This document shows positions 27,905-38,213 of a stretch of 64,000 bases of DNA, in pieces. Origin of the DNA: a virus; IMG/VR virus record IMGVR_UViG_3300027708_000019; one strand, given 5' to 3'. Within the stretch, counting starts at the first letter, position 1; each line of letters opens with the position of its first letter. Position numbers and translations under genes: made by a program. Below the pieces are notes generated by a model. It was not told the origin of the DNA. It searched no databases and saw only the letters and a program-made list of their open reading frames with translations.

Positions 27905-29689
27905 TTACCCCTCACATGCTAAACAATCGTTTCCTTCTGCTAAGGCACGTAAGTCAATTTCTTGTATGACTTCGCGTTCAATTTTTTTGGCTACTTTATC
28001 AGCCTTACCAATTTTCTCACTACGACAATAATATAAAGTCTTTAAACCTGATTTCCATGCTTGAAAGTGTACGGCATGGAGGTATTTAACATTCGCATCA
28101 GGTCTGAAGAATAAGTTGAGAGATTGGGCTTGGTCAATATACTCTTGTCGATCAGCTGCGTGTTGGACAAGCCAGCGTTGGTCAATCTCCATACTTGTTT
28201 TGAATACATCTTTTGTCCAGTCATCCAGTATGTCCAGATGTTGGACGGAACCATCATTTGCGATGATACTTGACCAGATTTCGTTATAATCCATTTTGCT
28301 GTCTGCATCACATTTCTCCTTAATAATTTTATCGAGCCATTTATTTTTGTTTAACGAAGAACCCGATAGAGTGTCTTGACGATAAGCATTGGCACGCAAA
28401 GGTTCAATAGAAGGAGAAGTATTGCCCATGATAATGGAAGAAGAAGCATTGGGAGCAATAGCCATAAGATGACTAAAGCGATTCCCAGTACCCACTGCAT
28501 CAAGTGCTTCACCTCTATCCAATCCCAGTTCTTTATTAGCACGATCTAAACCTTCTCTGATATGTTTGAATATTTGTTTATTTTTTCCTACAGCCTGTGC
28601 TGATTCCCATGGTATGTTATTTTTTTGCAGATAGGCGTGCCATCCAAGAGCACCCACACCGATGCTTCTTTCACGCATGGCTGAGAATTTTGCACGCTCA
28701 ATGGAGGAAGGCGCATTAAGAATAAAATACTGAAGAACATTATCAAGCATTTCTGCAGTATCACGAAGGAATAGAGGATCGTTTTTCCACTCATCATAGT
28801 ACTCCAAGTTTAGTGAAGACAAGCAACAAACAGCAGTACGTTGCTCATTGGTTGGTAAAATAATTTCTGAACAAAGATTTGATTGATGTACTTTAAGACC
28901 TTTATCCTTCAACCATTGCGGTAATGCATTGTTACTTGTTGTAATGAAATGTAGATATGGTTCACCAGTCATCATGCGTAGTTCTAAAATCTGTTGCCAC
29001 AACGCACGAGCAGAAACAACTTCACGAATGACACCACTATGTGGATCTTTTAGTTCCCATGAGTCATCTGCTTCTGGATCAAGCATACAGTTTTCAATAA
29101 TCTGCATAAATTCATCAGGAATATTAACAGCATGATGTAAATTTAAACAGCGTAAATTTTGATCGCCTGTCGGCTTACGCATTTCTAAGAAAGGGATAAT
29201 GTCTGGATGATCAATAGACAAGTAAGCAGCATAACTGCCCCTGCGAGTACGACCCTGACGATATGCCAAAGAACTGGCATCATAGATTTTGAGGTGAGGC
29301 ATAACTCCAGTACTTTTATCGTCAGCCGAACGAATACCAAAGCCAATCCCAACACCACCGCCCAACATACTAAGCCAATTTGTCTCAGATAGATTATCAA
29401 CTAGACCCTCCGCTGTATCTTCAATATAATTAAGGAAACATGATATAGGCATACCACGCTTACTTCTTCCGAAACTGAGAATAGGTGTCGAATAGCTGAG
29501 CCAATGTTTGCTTGAGTATTCATACAGTCGTTGTGCATGTTCTGGATTACTACCAAATTTTGTGCTAACGAATGCAAATCTTTCTTGTGGCGACTTCTCT
29601 TCATCTTTCATGTAACTTTCTTGTAATCTTTTGATTCCTAGTGAATCGAAAAGTGCATCTCTCTCGTAGTTCAGTACGATCTCTGACAT
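27905..29689 (-). CDS. nrdA: ribonucleotide reductase class Ia alpha subunit
   Basis: SCF, SNLCSEI, APNASSS, KTLYY, C-terminal CLACEG; no ATP cone. Confidence 0.95.
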   Translation of the reverse strand: MSEIVLNYERDALFDSLGIKRLQESYMKDEEKSPQERFAFVSTKFGSNPEHAQRLYEYSSKHWLSYSTPILSFGRSKRGMPISCFLNYIEDTAEGLVDNLSETNWLSMLGGGVGIGFGIRSADDKSTGVMPHLKIYDASSLAYRQGRTRRGSYAAYLSIDHPDIIPFLEMRKPTGDQNLRCLNLHHAVNIPDEFMQIIENCMLDPEADDSWELKDPHSGVIREVVSARALWQQILELRMMTGEPYLHFITTSNNALPQWLKDKGLKVHQSNLCSEIILPTNEQRTAVCCLSSLNLEYYDEWKNDPLFLRDTAEMLDNVLQYFILNAPSSIERAKFSAMRERSIGVGALGWHAYLQKNNIPWESAQAVGKNKQIFKHIREGLDRANKELGLDRGEALDAVGTGNRFSHLMAIAPNASSSIIMGNTSPSIEPLRANAYRQDTLSGSSLNKNKWLDKIIKEKCDADSKMDYNEIWSSIIANDGSVQHLDILDDWTKDVFKTSMEIDQRWLVQHAADRQEYIDQAQSLNLFFRPDANVKYLHAVHFQAWKSGLKTLYYCRSEKIGKADKVAKKIEREVIQEIDLRALAEGNDCLACEG

Positions 29690-29702
29690 AGTTAATTTCC
29701 TG

Positions 29703-30362
29703 TTATTCTTGTTGTATAAATTCTGACGATAATGGAAATACTTCAGCAATTACTTTTGCGCATGCTTTAGCAATTTCCATATGTTCTTTTTGTGTGCCAT
29801 TGCCAGATCGTAATTGTATATAGTGAATCCAACTTCTGACAGTTCCATTCATGTAAAGTCTTGATACTGTCAATCCTTCTGGCAACACTGCTCTTGCTTG
29901 TTCTTTGGCAATGCCATTTGCAATAGCCCACTTATACACATTTTTACAAATAGAAAGCACCCGATCCTGCTGTTCTTCCCACCTTTTTTGTAAATACTCA
30001 TCATCTGTCTCAACGCTATTTTGACGATTCTTAGTATCTTGAAGACGTGCTTCTCTAATCTCAAAATCTAAATCCTGAGTCGGATCTGCATAACGCTGTG
30101 AAAATTCTTGAAACGAGAATGAACGATGGCGTAGCATTTGTCTTGCGATGTCACGTGTTGTTGTGATTTCAAGACAAATATTTACCATCTCTAATGGCGA
30201 CCAATGCTGATTCTTAATCAGATATCTGATCAACTTCTCACTTGTTTCTTTGTTGTTTTGGTTGCTAGGATTACTAACACGAGCACAGAACGCAACTAAT
30301 TCTGTCATGTTTTCAGCAAAATATTCTGCTGGTTGCGAAAATGATATGAGTTCAATCTTCAT
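29703..30362 (-). CDS. thyX: flavin-dependent thymidylate synthase
   Basis: HWSPLE, RHRSFSFQEFSQRY. Confidence 0.95.
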   Translation of the reverse strand: MKIELISFSQPAEYFAENMTELVAFCARVSNPSNQNNKETSEKLIRYLIKNQHWSPLEMVNICLEITTTRDIARQMLRHRSFSFQEFSQRYADPTQDLDFEIREARLQDTKNRQNSVETDDEYLQKRWEEQQDRVLSICKNVYKWAIANGIAKEQARAVLPEGLTVSRLYMNGTVRSWIHYIQLRSGNGTQKEHMEIAKACAKVIAEVFPLSSEFIQQE

Positions 30363-30486
30363 GTAATTCTTTATCCTTTAATTCTTCCGAAGGTTTTGGT
30401 TTCTTTCCGAAAATGCGTTCATAGCCATCGTCCCATTTCTCTTGATCTTCTGGTCGACGCTTATCGCCTTTACCACCATCGCTCAT
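30352..30486 (-). CDS. small conserved phage protein (MSDGGKGDKRRP...)
   Basis: Manual translation; AAGGAG RBS. Confidence 0.6.
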   Translation of the reverse strand: MSDGGKGDKRRPEDQEKWDDGYERIFGKKPKPSEELKDKELHED

Positions 30487-30496
30487 TCTACTCTCC

Positions 30497-31513
30497 TTAA
30501 CATTTTTTCCACTGATTAAATTTAACTGTTGCCTCTAAACCAGAAACAGTGTTTTCATCAATTAGATTGACGATTTTATCCTGCGACCATCCTGCTTTAA
30601 ACAAGTCATTAATATCTTTATAACCTGTTTCTGGCATCAATGACACAGTATATCCTTTATCTATACACTTTGCAATTTGCTTACATAAATCTTTGTTTCT
30701 TGGTTCGTTATCAAATACGACTACAAGTTTAGAAACAAGACCACGCATATAATTTGAATCAAAAGAGGAGCCAGCAACTGCAATAGAATTGGGTAAGAAG
30801 AGACTATCAATTGGTCCCTCAACTGCATAAACTTTTTTACCAAAGTCAACTCTCTCAAGTCCATAAATTCTCTCCATATTATCATCAAGTTTAACTGTCA
30901 TATATCTTGGTTCTTCGTTACCGAATGCCCGACCTTGGAATGCATAAACTTTACCATGATCGTTGAAGAAAGGAATTACCAATCTTGGGTGTTCATTTTC
31001 TTCTTCAGAAGTGTATGTATATTTAACGCTGTTTACATACTTCTTCCACTTCGGACAATAATAAAGTAGATCAAAATATTCGTTTGGGATTAAACGAGAT
31101 TCTACATATACTCTGGCTGGATGTTCAGGGGGTAAGGTATCAATTCTACGCAACCCTTCTAAAATCTTATCTTTTAACTCAGTAAACACTGGTTTTGTGT
31201 CTGGATATGCTATATTTTTATGAGAATTGTGCTTATTTGCACCAGACTGATAACGCTCTACTACATATTGTTCATAGAGATATGAGTCAACATGCTTGAT
31301 CAAATTACCGACGTTCGTGCTTACACCACAATTATGACATTTGTAGAATAAATCGGTTTTCTTTTGGAATATGTAGCCACGTGCCTTCAGCTTGTTTTTC
31401 TTCGAATCCCCACAGAATGGGCAAGAAAAATTGAAGGTGTAGTCACTCTGCTGTTTGAAATTACGCAGCCGTGTACTTAACTGGGAGATGTATTTGTGAT
31501 CAATATGTAACAT
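30497..31513 (-). CDS. 61: DNA primase (T4 gp61-like)
   Basis: CPFCGDS..CHNC zinc finger, FQGR, VEGPIDSLF, DNEPRN, KDIND. Confidence 0.93.
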   Translation of the reverse strand: MLHIDHKYISQLSTRLRNFKQQSDYTFNFSCPFCGDSKKNKLKARGYIFQKKTDLFYKCHNCGVSTNVGNLIKHVDSYLYEQYVVERYQSGANKHNSHKNIAYPDTKPVFTELKDKILEGLRRIDTLPPEHPARVYVESRLIPNEYFDLLYYCPKWKKYVNSVKYTYTSEEENEHPRLVIPFFNDHGKVYAFQGRAFGNEEPRYMTVKLDDNMERIYGLERVDFGKKVYAVEGPIDSLFLPNSIAVAGSSFDSNYMRGLVSKLVVVFDNEPRNKDLCKQIAKCIDKGYTVSLMPETGYKDINDLFKAGWSQDKIVNLIDENTVSGLEATVKFNQWKKC

Positions 31514-31519
31514 AACATA

Positions 31520-31548
31520 ATTATACTCCGAATCATATAAAAAAGCAA
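31520..31548 (-). promoter_or_regulatory. sigma70-type promoter
   Basis: TTGCTT-N17-TATAAT. Confidence 0.7.
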
Positions 31549-31567
31549 GTTATTTTTAACTTGCTTT
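31542..31567 (-). terminator. 11-bp perfect inverted repeat after lysis operon, overlapping primase -35
   Basis: AAAGCAAGTTA-TTTT-TAACTTGCTTT. Confidence 0.6.
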
Positions 31568-31572
31568 CGGAA

Positions 31573-31893
31573 TTACTTTAGAAACTTCGAGAAGAAGTCC
31601 AGATGCCCCATGAGATATCCACAAACAATTGCACCACCAACAATCATAAATCTCCACTTTTCTAAAATCTCAACACGACTTTTAATATCACCAAGTGTTT
31701 TTGTCATAACATTATGTTGTTCAGAATCTGCTTTGGCAAGATCGTCGATTTTCTTGTCAATGTGATCCGTAATCTCACGAGTAGTGGTCGTGATTCGAGA
31801 ATGCAGTTCTTTGATGTCTTGTTTCACATCTGCAACGTCCTCTTTTATGCCTTCTACTTGTGCTTCCAATTTGGCTATTCTTTCTGCATCCAT
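31573..31893 (-). CDS. coiled-coil protein with C-terminal TM (holin/XhlA-like candidate)
   Basis: Architecture and adjacency to spanins. Confidence 0.5.
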   Translation of the reverse strand: MDAERIAKLEAQVEGIKEDVADVKQDIKELHSRITTTTREITDHIDKKIDDLAKADSEQHNVMTKTLGDIKSRVEILEKWRFMIVGGAIVCGYLMGHLDFFSKFLK

Positions 31894-31897
31894 GGCT

Positions 31898-32167
31898 TTA
31901 CTTTACGCTTTCGAAAATTTCTTTTTGTGTCTTATACCATTCATTCCAAGTATCATTTTTATTTTGGCATTCATGGTACTGCGAATAATTCTCTGAAACA
32001 ACTTTCAAGACTTCGCTCAATTTGCTAGTCGATTCGGTTTGTTTCAAATCAGGACATGGTGTTGTCAATTCGGTTGGGACATCAGGAAATTTTCTTTTCA
32101 CTGTGACTGTCGTAGAACAACCAGCAACTAAAACAAGAAACAGTGTGAGAGTAATGTATTTAATCAT
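31898..32167 (-). CDS. o-spanin-like lipoprotein
   Basis: VAGC lipobox, Pro-rich, Cys residues. Confidence 0.65.
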   Translation of the reverse strand: MIKYITLTLFLVLVAGCSTTVTVKRKFPDVPTELTTPCPDLKQTESTSKLSEVLKVVSENYSQYHECQNKNDTWNEWYKTQKEIFESVK

Positions 32168-32613
32168 TTCTTCACCTCTGGTTTCTTAGCTGCCTCATTA
32201 AGGATATCAAGTGCTTCTGGGATGACCTCGCATTTAGCGTCCATCTTTTCTGCTACATTTACAATCTTCTCTTGTATAACTATCTTCGTATCGTGTATAA
32301 CTTTTACTTTATCTACGTATACTTTTTTAATGACAGTATTTACTTCTTGCGACTTTGCTTCAGCAATAGCAACTTTTGCTTCTGCTTCTTTAACTTTATC
32401 ACGCCACTCCATTTCTGTGGCATAACTTCCATAAAAATATACACCTGCGATTGCAAGTAAAGAACCAATTAACTGAATTGGTGTCTTGTATATTTTTAAT
32501 GGTGGTATAAAGTTTACAAATAAACTCAACACATACATACCAACACCACTAGCAAGAATTGCTAATACTGCAAGATGTAACCAACTATCAGGAACAAAAC
32601 TAAGAAGCCACAT
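32164..32613 (-). CDS. i-spanin-like protein
   Basis: TMs, coiled coil, C-terminal Cys; precedes lipoprotein. Confidence 0.6.
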   Translation of the reverse strand: MWLLSFVPDSWLHLAVLAILASGVGMYVLSLFVNFIPPLKIYKTPIQLIGSLLAIAGVYFYGSYATEMEWRDKVKEAEAKVAIAEAKSQEVNTVIKKVYVDKVKVIHDTKIVIQEKIVNVAEKMDAKCEVIPEALDILNEAAKKPEVKK

Positions 32614-33130
32614 TTACAGCTTTCCTTCTCGCTAACATTTGATATTTTTTAATACTATTCTTACGAATAATAGGCTCATCAGTTTTTACTCCAGCACCAG
32701 TGTGGTTTGCTGGTATACCACCACCTTCGCCATCTTCATTCAGTAAAAACTTTTCTACTAATAAATGTTCATCAACTAATAGTATATCCTCTTTTTGAAT
32801 TTTTGTCAAAAGATCTATATACTGCTCTTCAAGATTTGTTGAAGATTTATTATTATCAAGACATTCTTTTACAAGAAAATATGCTGCTGCAAGATTACCA
32901 ATTTTTGTATTTAACAAAGGAATCTTTTGCATGATTTTGCGCAAACGAAAAGTCAATCTGTGCAACATAGTATAGGCATCTTTTTCAGTATATGTCATGT
33001 CCTTGATTTTCTTTTGGGGACTGCCATTCTGATCAATTAGACCAAGTTTATATGCTTTTGTTTTTTCAAATGGTGTTACCAACATCGAAAGAACTCTAAA
33101 AGCAATCAGATTGTCAACTAATTGCGACAT
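32600..33130 (-). CDS. conserved T4-like protein (gp61.1-like)
   Basis: TPFEKTKAYKLGLID..AYTMLHRL motif; upstream of primase. Confidence 0.6.
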   Translation of the reverse strand: MSQLVDNLIAFRVLSMLVTPFEKTKAYKLGLIDQNGSPQKKIKDMTYTEKDAYTMLHRLTFRLRKIMQKIPLLNTKIGNLAAAYFLVKECLDNNKSSTNLEEQYIDLLTKIQKEDILLVDEHLLVEKFLLNEDGEGGGIPANHTGAGVKTDEPIIRKNSIKKYQMLARRKAVNVAS

Positions 33131-33501
33131 TAAATTTTCCTTAATTCTTGTATGACTCTGTCGTCTAATCTTAAATCAGTAACTGCTATTGATGTCCCTG
33201 GAATACTATCTGGCATTCTTTGAATATAGATTAAAAATGTTGCCAGTAATCCCCAGTCATCAGGATCAATTTTGTAGAACAGCATTTGTACTGCTGCGTC
33301 ATTAAACAAGTTGAAAAGAACGATGAGGTGGTTGAGGATTAATCTCTCTTTTAACTCATCGTTCTTCTTATATCTTGTAAATAATTTCTTCAAATACAAA
33401 AACTTTTTTAGATCTTCCTCAAATTCACTTACTGTTGAACATTGAGGATTATCATAGTTATGCATTGCATAATGTAAAAATTCAGTCTCACTTTTAAACA
33501 T
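33130..33501 (-). CDS. conserved T4-like hypothetical protein
   Basis: YAMHNYDNPQC..EFEEDL..LKERLILNH. Confidence 0.7.
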   Translation of the reverse strand: MFKSETEFLHYAMHNYDNPQCSTVSEFEEDLKKFLYLKKLFTRYKKNDELKERLILNHLIVLFNLFNDAAVQMLFYKIDPDDWGLLATFLIYIQRMPDSIPGTSIAVTDLRLDDRVIQELRKI

Positions 33502-33505
33502 AACA

Positions 33506-34447
33506 TTATGCGTCGTGTAATTGAACTCCGTAAGATGGGGCAGTTGTTGACCCTGTTGATGCGTATGTTGCACCAGTTACTGGATACCAGCGACCTGTAC
33601 CGTCAATCTTCAACCAAGCAAACTGCATAATATACTTACCAGCAATAGCTGCTGTTCTGTATTTGTAGTACTTAGTACCTTGCTCAGATGCATTCAATGC
33701 ATAAATTGATTGAGAGTTTGTGGTAGTTTGGTTCAATACGAATGTCCAAATCTTACCAGAGTCAGCATCGCTCATACCTGTTGTTGGTAGAGTAATGTTA
33801 TAACTTGCTGCACCTGATTGGTTCAAGTAGATTAGCGAAGTTACGTTCAAGTTAGCGTATGTTAAATCTGTAGATGCAGAGATAGAAATACTGTTTGTGT
33901 TATTAGTAATACCACCAGAAGTTCCAACGAAGCCCAATGATGGGAATTTTGGATACTGGGTTTGTGACCACATATTACCACCAGCATCGATAGCAGATAA
34001 CTGAGTACCACCAACCTTAACACTCAACACACGAGATGAAGATGAAGAAGCAGTATTAGTAACTTGGAAATCGAGGGAAGTAAATACTTGAGCAGCGTTG
34101 TTCCAAGTTTCAACTAATGTCAAACTTGTACCACCGATTGTACCCAAATCACCTACGTTAAATGTAAACTTAGTATTACTACCATTGCTCAACAGCAATG
34201 TTGGTAAGTTTGATGCACTACCAGTAACACGGAAAATACCGTTAGTAGAACTACCACCAGTACCTTTGATGATGTAAGAGTTGGTTGTTAATGTTAATGT
34301 TGGATTAACAGCTGACGATGTCGTCAATCCAGACAACAAATTGTCAAGGGTTAGTTGACGATTGTCGCCTGATTGAACGATCAAGAATCGTTCAGCACCA
34401 GTCAGCGAAGCTGCTGAGTTTAGTTCTGAGATCTTTTTAGATGCCAT
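33506..34447 (-). CDS. virion structural/fibre-like protein
   Basis: S/T/G-rich beta composition; N-terminal KISEL module; TAAATA upstream. Confidence 0.6.
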   Translation of the reverse strand: MASKKISELNSAASLTGAERFLIVQSGDNRQLTLDNLLSGLTTSSAVNPTLTLTTNSYIIKGTGGSSTNGIFRVTGSASNLPTLLLSNGSNTKFTFNVGDLGTIGGTSLTLVETWNNAAQVFTSLDFQVTNTASSSSSRVLSVKVGGTQLSAIDAGGNMWSQTQYPKFPSLGFVGTSGGITNNTNSISISASTDLTYANLNVTSLIYLNQSGAASYNITLPTTGMSDADSGKIWTFVLNQTTTNSQSIYALNASEQGTKYYKYRTAAIAGKYIMQFAWLKIDGTGRWYPVTGATYASTGSTTAPSYGVQLHDA

Positions 34448-34482
34448 TTTAAGTTTCCTTGGTTAGATTATAAAGTTATTTA

Positions 34483-35790
34483 TTAGGTATTTGGAGTTTC
34501 AATTTCAACTAATGAATTAGCATCATCACCAGAAATTAAGCTACGACCAGCTACTAAAACTTCATAACGTACACGACCAGCGAGACCACCAGTACCAACA
34601 GTACGACGAACCCATCCTGGGCTGGCCATAATAGCATGCGAACCAGAACCTAATGTAGCAGTTGCAGTAGCTGCATCAGATGTACCTTGTAGTTCAAAAT
34701 ACTGAGCAGCATTACCAGTACCAGTAATATCAATAACTGTTTCAGTTGTATATGTAAGACCAATTAAAGTACCAGCAGTTGTAACGATAGCAGTACCATC
34801 TTCAGCAGTAAGAGTAAAACCAGTTACGCTTGGTGAAGTACCAGTAACTGCAGAAACTTTATAAGTTGTTCCAGTTGCGTAACTAGTAATAGTACCTGTA
34901 CCAGTATTTGTACCAGTAATAGTAATACGATCACTAGCAGCAAGAGTAGAGTTACCACAAGTAAATTGACCACCAGTACCAGAAGTAGCAACAGTAGCTG
35001 TTAATGTACCAGTTGTGTTAGCAGCTTTAACTTCGAATGCGTTAGCAGTACGACCAGCAGTAGCCACATAGTAAGTTGTACCAGAAGTTAAACCAGTAGC
35101 AGATGTTGAACCACCATTGTTATAAGCAACAGCGTCACCAGCAACTAATAAGTGACCAGTGTATGCGATAGTATCAGTACTAGTAGTAACTGAAGCTGTT
35201 GCAATAGTACGACGTGGCTTACTGATAGCAACAGTTGGTGCTGAAGTATAAGAAGAACCACCATTGCTCAATACAATTGTAGAAACTGCATTAGAAGCAA
35301 CAGTTGTTGATGCAGCTGCAGAAGAACCACCACCACCACTGAATGTTACAGTTGGTGTAGTGCTTGAGTTGTCAGTTGCGATATAACGAGCACCTGCGCT
35401 ACTAATAGCAACAGAAACTACGTTATCACCACCAGCTTTAATTTCAGTTGCACTAATACCATATACTTTTGTAATTGCTGAAACACCACTGGCTTGATTA
35501 GAGTCTTGATATACAAATTTTGGTTGTTGCTGAATTTTAAAGTTAGCAATTGCCAATGATGAATTTGTTGTGCCAGTAAAGTTATTGGCTAATGTCAATG
35601 CAGTATCAGAAGTAACTGATAGTACACGTGCTTTTGTTACAGTTCCTGAGTTGATAATCAACGTGTCGCCGTTTTTAATATCGCTCAAGAATGTTGTACC
35701 ACTGCCTGTTACAGCAGTAGATGCGTTTGTTACGCTGACAGTTGTTCCATTAGATGGTGCTGCAGCGTCTTGTTTACCCCAAAGTGCCAT
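34483..35790 (-). CDS. virion structural protein (fibre/decoration-like)
   Basis: MALWG start, T/A/S/G-rich, GWVRRT..GRVRYEVLVA end. Confidence 0.65.
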   Translation of the reverse strand: MALWGKQDAAAPSNGTTVSVTNASTAVTGSGTTFLSDIKNGDTLIINSGTVTKARVLSVTSDTALTLANNFTGTTNSSLAIANFKIQQQPKFVYQDSNQASGVSAITKVYGISATEIKAGGDNVVSVAISSAGARYIATDNSSTTPTVTFSGGGGSSAAASTTVASNAVSTIVLSNGGSSYTSAPTVAISKPRRTIATASVTTSTDTIAYTGHLLVAGDAVAYNNGGSTSATGLTSGTTYYVATAGRTANAFEVKAANTTGTLTATVATSGTGGQFTCGNSTLAASDRITITGTNTGTGTITSYATGTTYKVSAVTGTSPSVTGFTLTAEDGTAIVTTAGTLIGLTYTTETVIDITGTGNAAQYFELQGTSDAATATATLGSGSHAIMASPGWVRRTVGTGGLAGRVRYEVLVAGRSLISGDDANSLVEIETPNT

Positions 35791-35810
35791 TTTTATTCTC
35801 CTTGTTTGTT

Positions 35811-37769
35811 TTATTTTGGCAGATGTAGTTTATAACCAGTTGAGTCATATCTATCATCGTCTGATTTCGCTGCTGAACCCTTTTGGCGTGCGCCTGAGGC
35901 AGCACCTTTTGGTCTTCCGCGACCACGCTTCTCCTGACCTTCAGGAGTGCTGGTTTCTTTCTCGGCTTTCTCGTAGTCACGCTCATGTCTGTAGCTACCA
36001 TCACCTGTTCCAGTAATAGTACCAGTTCCACTTGCGGATTTACGTGATTCGCCTTTTTTCAAATCTGTATGTCCATACTTTGCTTTATATTCTGGAGTTC
36101 CTGGCCACATGGCTTCGTCCAGTCCTTCTTGCATGTATGATTTAAATGAGTTTAGTTTCATGGTTTCCTCGTTTGTATCTTTATTACTACTAGTCATTGG
36201 TTGCAATGGATTCATTTTATTCTTTTGAACAATGCCAGTTTTTGGATCAACTGATGTAGTTGCATCTTTACCAACCATTGCTAAAAATTGACGTCTACGA
36301 ATTTCTCTATAATGTGGATCCATACCAGCACGATCAGCAAATTCATCGGCATATTGCTCTAATGATTTTTCTTTGTTTTGAGGTTCATCTGATACAGCAG
36401 CTTCCTGAATACCAGCGTCAACACCATATTTCGCTTTAACTGCTGCACCAATATTTTTACCTGTATGTTTTACAATTTTACCATTTGGTGATTTTAACAT
36501 AACAGTTGTTGTACCATCAGCATTTGTTTTCTTAGAGTGTAAAGAATATCCTTCTTCAGAGATAACTTCTTCATCTAATTTATCAGTAACTTTAAACTTA
36601 TGAACAGTTCCTTTTTTCTTAGGATCATAAGAATCATGAGTTTGTTTCATGTGTACTTCAGTGTCGCTCTTATGCATAACTTTACCAGAAACCTTGTCGC
36701 CAGTTTTTGGCTCATAGTAATCATGCTCTTGGCCAACAGACATATGTTTAGCCATGCTTGGATGCATACAGCCAGCACAAGCGTAATCACGATGATTGGC
36801 TTCATCTAAAGATTCAACTTCTTCTTTGTTTAGACGCTGCTTTGCTGCACCCATACCAGTAAGACGTTTTACGTAACGATTCTTAGCATAGTTTGCTTCA
36901 TCTTTGTCACCAGATTTTCTAGAATGAGCATTTGCTTTATTATCGTCTTTAGCAGCAGTATAATAGTTACCAAGTGTGGTTTTGCTTAATTCAGAAATCT
37001 CTTCAACTTCTTCATTTGTTTTTTTCTTTGATGCATAATAAGCACGAAGACTGTCATCAGTTTTGGCTTGAGCAGTTGGGTGACCAACTCTTGGTTTCAT
37101 TTGTTCTTTTTTCTTTGGTGGAACTGGAGCAACAGGTGCTTGTTCATTCATGCAACCACATTTCATTTCACCACACTCTGAGCATGCTTTCTTTTTAGCT
37201 GCTTCAGCAATACGAGAAAGTAAAGTTTGTTCTTTTACTGGAGAGATTGGTGATTGTGCGTTATTTTTTTGTTTGCGTTTTTGCATGTAAAGATCAAACT
37301 TAGCACCTTCAGTACCTTTACCACCATAGTGTTTTGGTGGAGTAACATCTTCTTTCATTGTATGGGCAGGAACATGAGTTGTTCCACCACCATTAGCACC
37401 TTGGAAGTGAACATTGTCACCCATCTTCTTAGCTGTCCAGTGGCGACCAGTTTCGTCTTTGAATTTATGTTCTTGTTGATCTTTCAACTTAGCAATTTCT
37501 TGATGGTGTTCTGGATGTAAAGGAATAGAAAAATCAGATCCGTGATGAACAGTCTTCATAGTTCCCCATGAATATTTCTGTGTATCTACTTTACCACCTT
37601 TACCCAACGCTTTGGCATTGTCTGGGGCATTTTTAGTTTGATCTTGTTTCTCTTCTTTACGAAGAATTTGCAAGTCTTGACCATCAATTTTACCATTGTG
37701 GTTTTTGTCGATCTTTTTTTGCTTTTTGGATAGTTCTTCCAAATACGCTAGTCTAAATGGATTACTCAT
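35811..37769 (-). CDS. modular Lys/His-rich putative internal head protein
   Basis: Short modules separated by (L/I/M)xE acidic motifs; EF-hand-like N-module; AT-hook RGRPK near C-terminus. Confidence 0.6.
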   Translation of the reverse strand: MSNPFRLAYLEELSKKQKKIDKNHNGKIDGQDLQILRKEEKQDQTKNAPDNAKALGKGGKVDTQKYSWGTMKTVHHGSDFSIPLHPEHHQEIAKLKDQQEHKFKDETGRHWTAKKMGDNVHFQGANGGGTTHVPAHTMKEDVTPPKHYGGKGTEGAKFDLYMQKRKQKNNAQSPISPVKEQTLLSRIAEAAKKKACSECGEMKCGCMNEQAPVAPVPPKKKEQMKPRVGHPTAQAKTDDSLRAYYASKKKTNEEVEEISELSKTTLGNYYTAAKDDNKANAHSRKSGDKDEANYAKNRYVKRLTGMGAAKQRLNKEEVESLDEANHRDYACAGCMHPSMAKHMSVGQEHDYYEPKTGDKVSGKVMHKSDTEVHMKQTHDSYDPKKKGTVHKFKVTDKLDEEVISEEGYSLHSKKTNADGTTTVMLKSPNGKIVKHTGKNIGAAVKAKYGVDAGIQEAAVSDEPQNKEKSLEQYADEFADRAGMDPHYREIRRRQFLAMVGKDATTSVDPKTGIVQKNKMNPLQPMTSSNKDTNEETMKLNSFKSYMQEGLDEAMWPGTPEYKAKYGHTDLKKGESRKSASGTGTITGTGDGSYRHERDYEKAEKETSTPEGQEKRGRGRPKGAASGARQKGSAAKSDDDRYDSTGYKLHLPK

Positions 37770-38203
37770 TTAAGATGGCTCCTTATCATCCAACCGTGCT
37801 TATTGTGGACATCAACACGCTCTGGAAGCGAGTTTAATAGTCCTTGTTTATTTAATTTTGTTGCTAACTCTATTGCTTTATTTAGGGATTCTATAACCTG
37901 ATCATTCGTAATTAAGAGATCCTGAAGCATTTCTTCTGGTGTTATTGCTACAACACCTTCATTTACTGTTTTATATTCATACATTTCGCTCAATGTTTTT
38001 GGCGCATATGCGCTTTGAGCACGAATCTCTTCAGCCAATAAATCTGAAGCATCAAAAAGATCTTCATACAAAGACTGGAAAAAACTGTGTAGTTGAGAAA
38101 AGTGAATACCCTCAACATTCCAGTGATGACTATGTGCTTTGAAATACATCAAAAATGTATTTGCATGAGCAATTCTAAGCGACATTACTAATTCAGTATC
38201 CAT
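37766..38203 (-). CDS. dps: Dps/ferritin-like protein
   Basis: HWNVEG..F..LH..Y..D..AE ferroxidase motif; HNKHGWM. Confidence 0.88.
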   Translation of the reverse strand: MDTELVMSLRIAHANTFLMYFKAHSHHWNVEGIHFSQLHSFFQSLYEDLFDASDLLAEEIRAQSAYAPKTLSEMYEYKTVNEGVVAITPEEMLQDLLITNDQVIESLNKAIELATKLNKQGLLNSLPERVDVHNKHGWMIRSHLK

Positions 38204-38213
38204 ATTATTTCCT

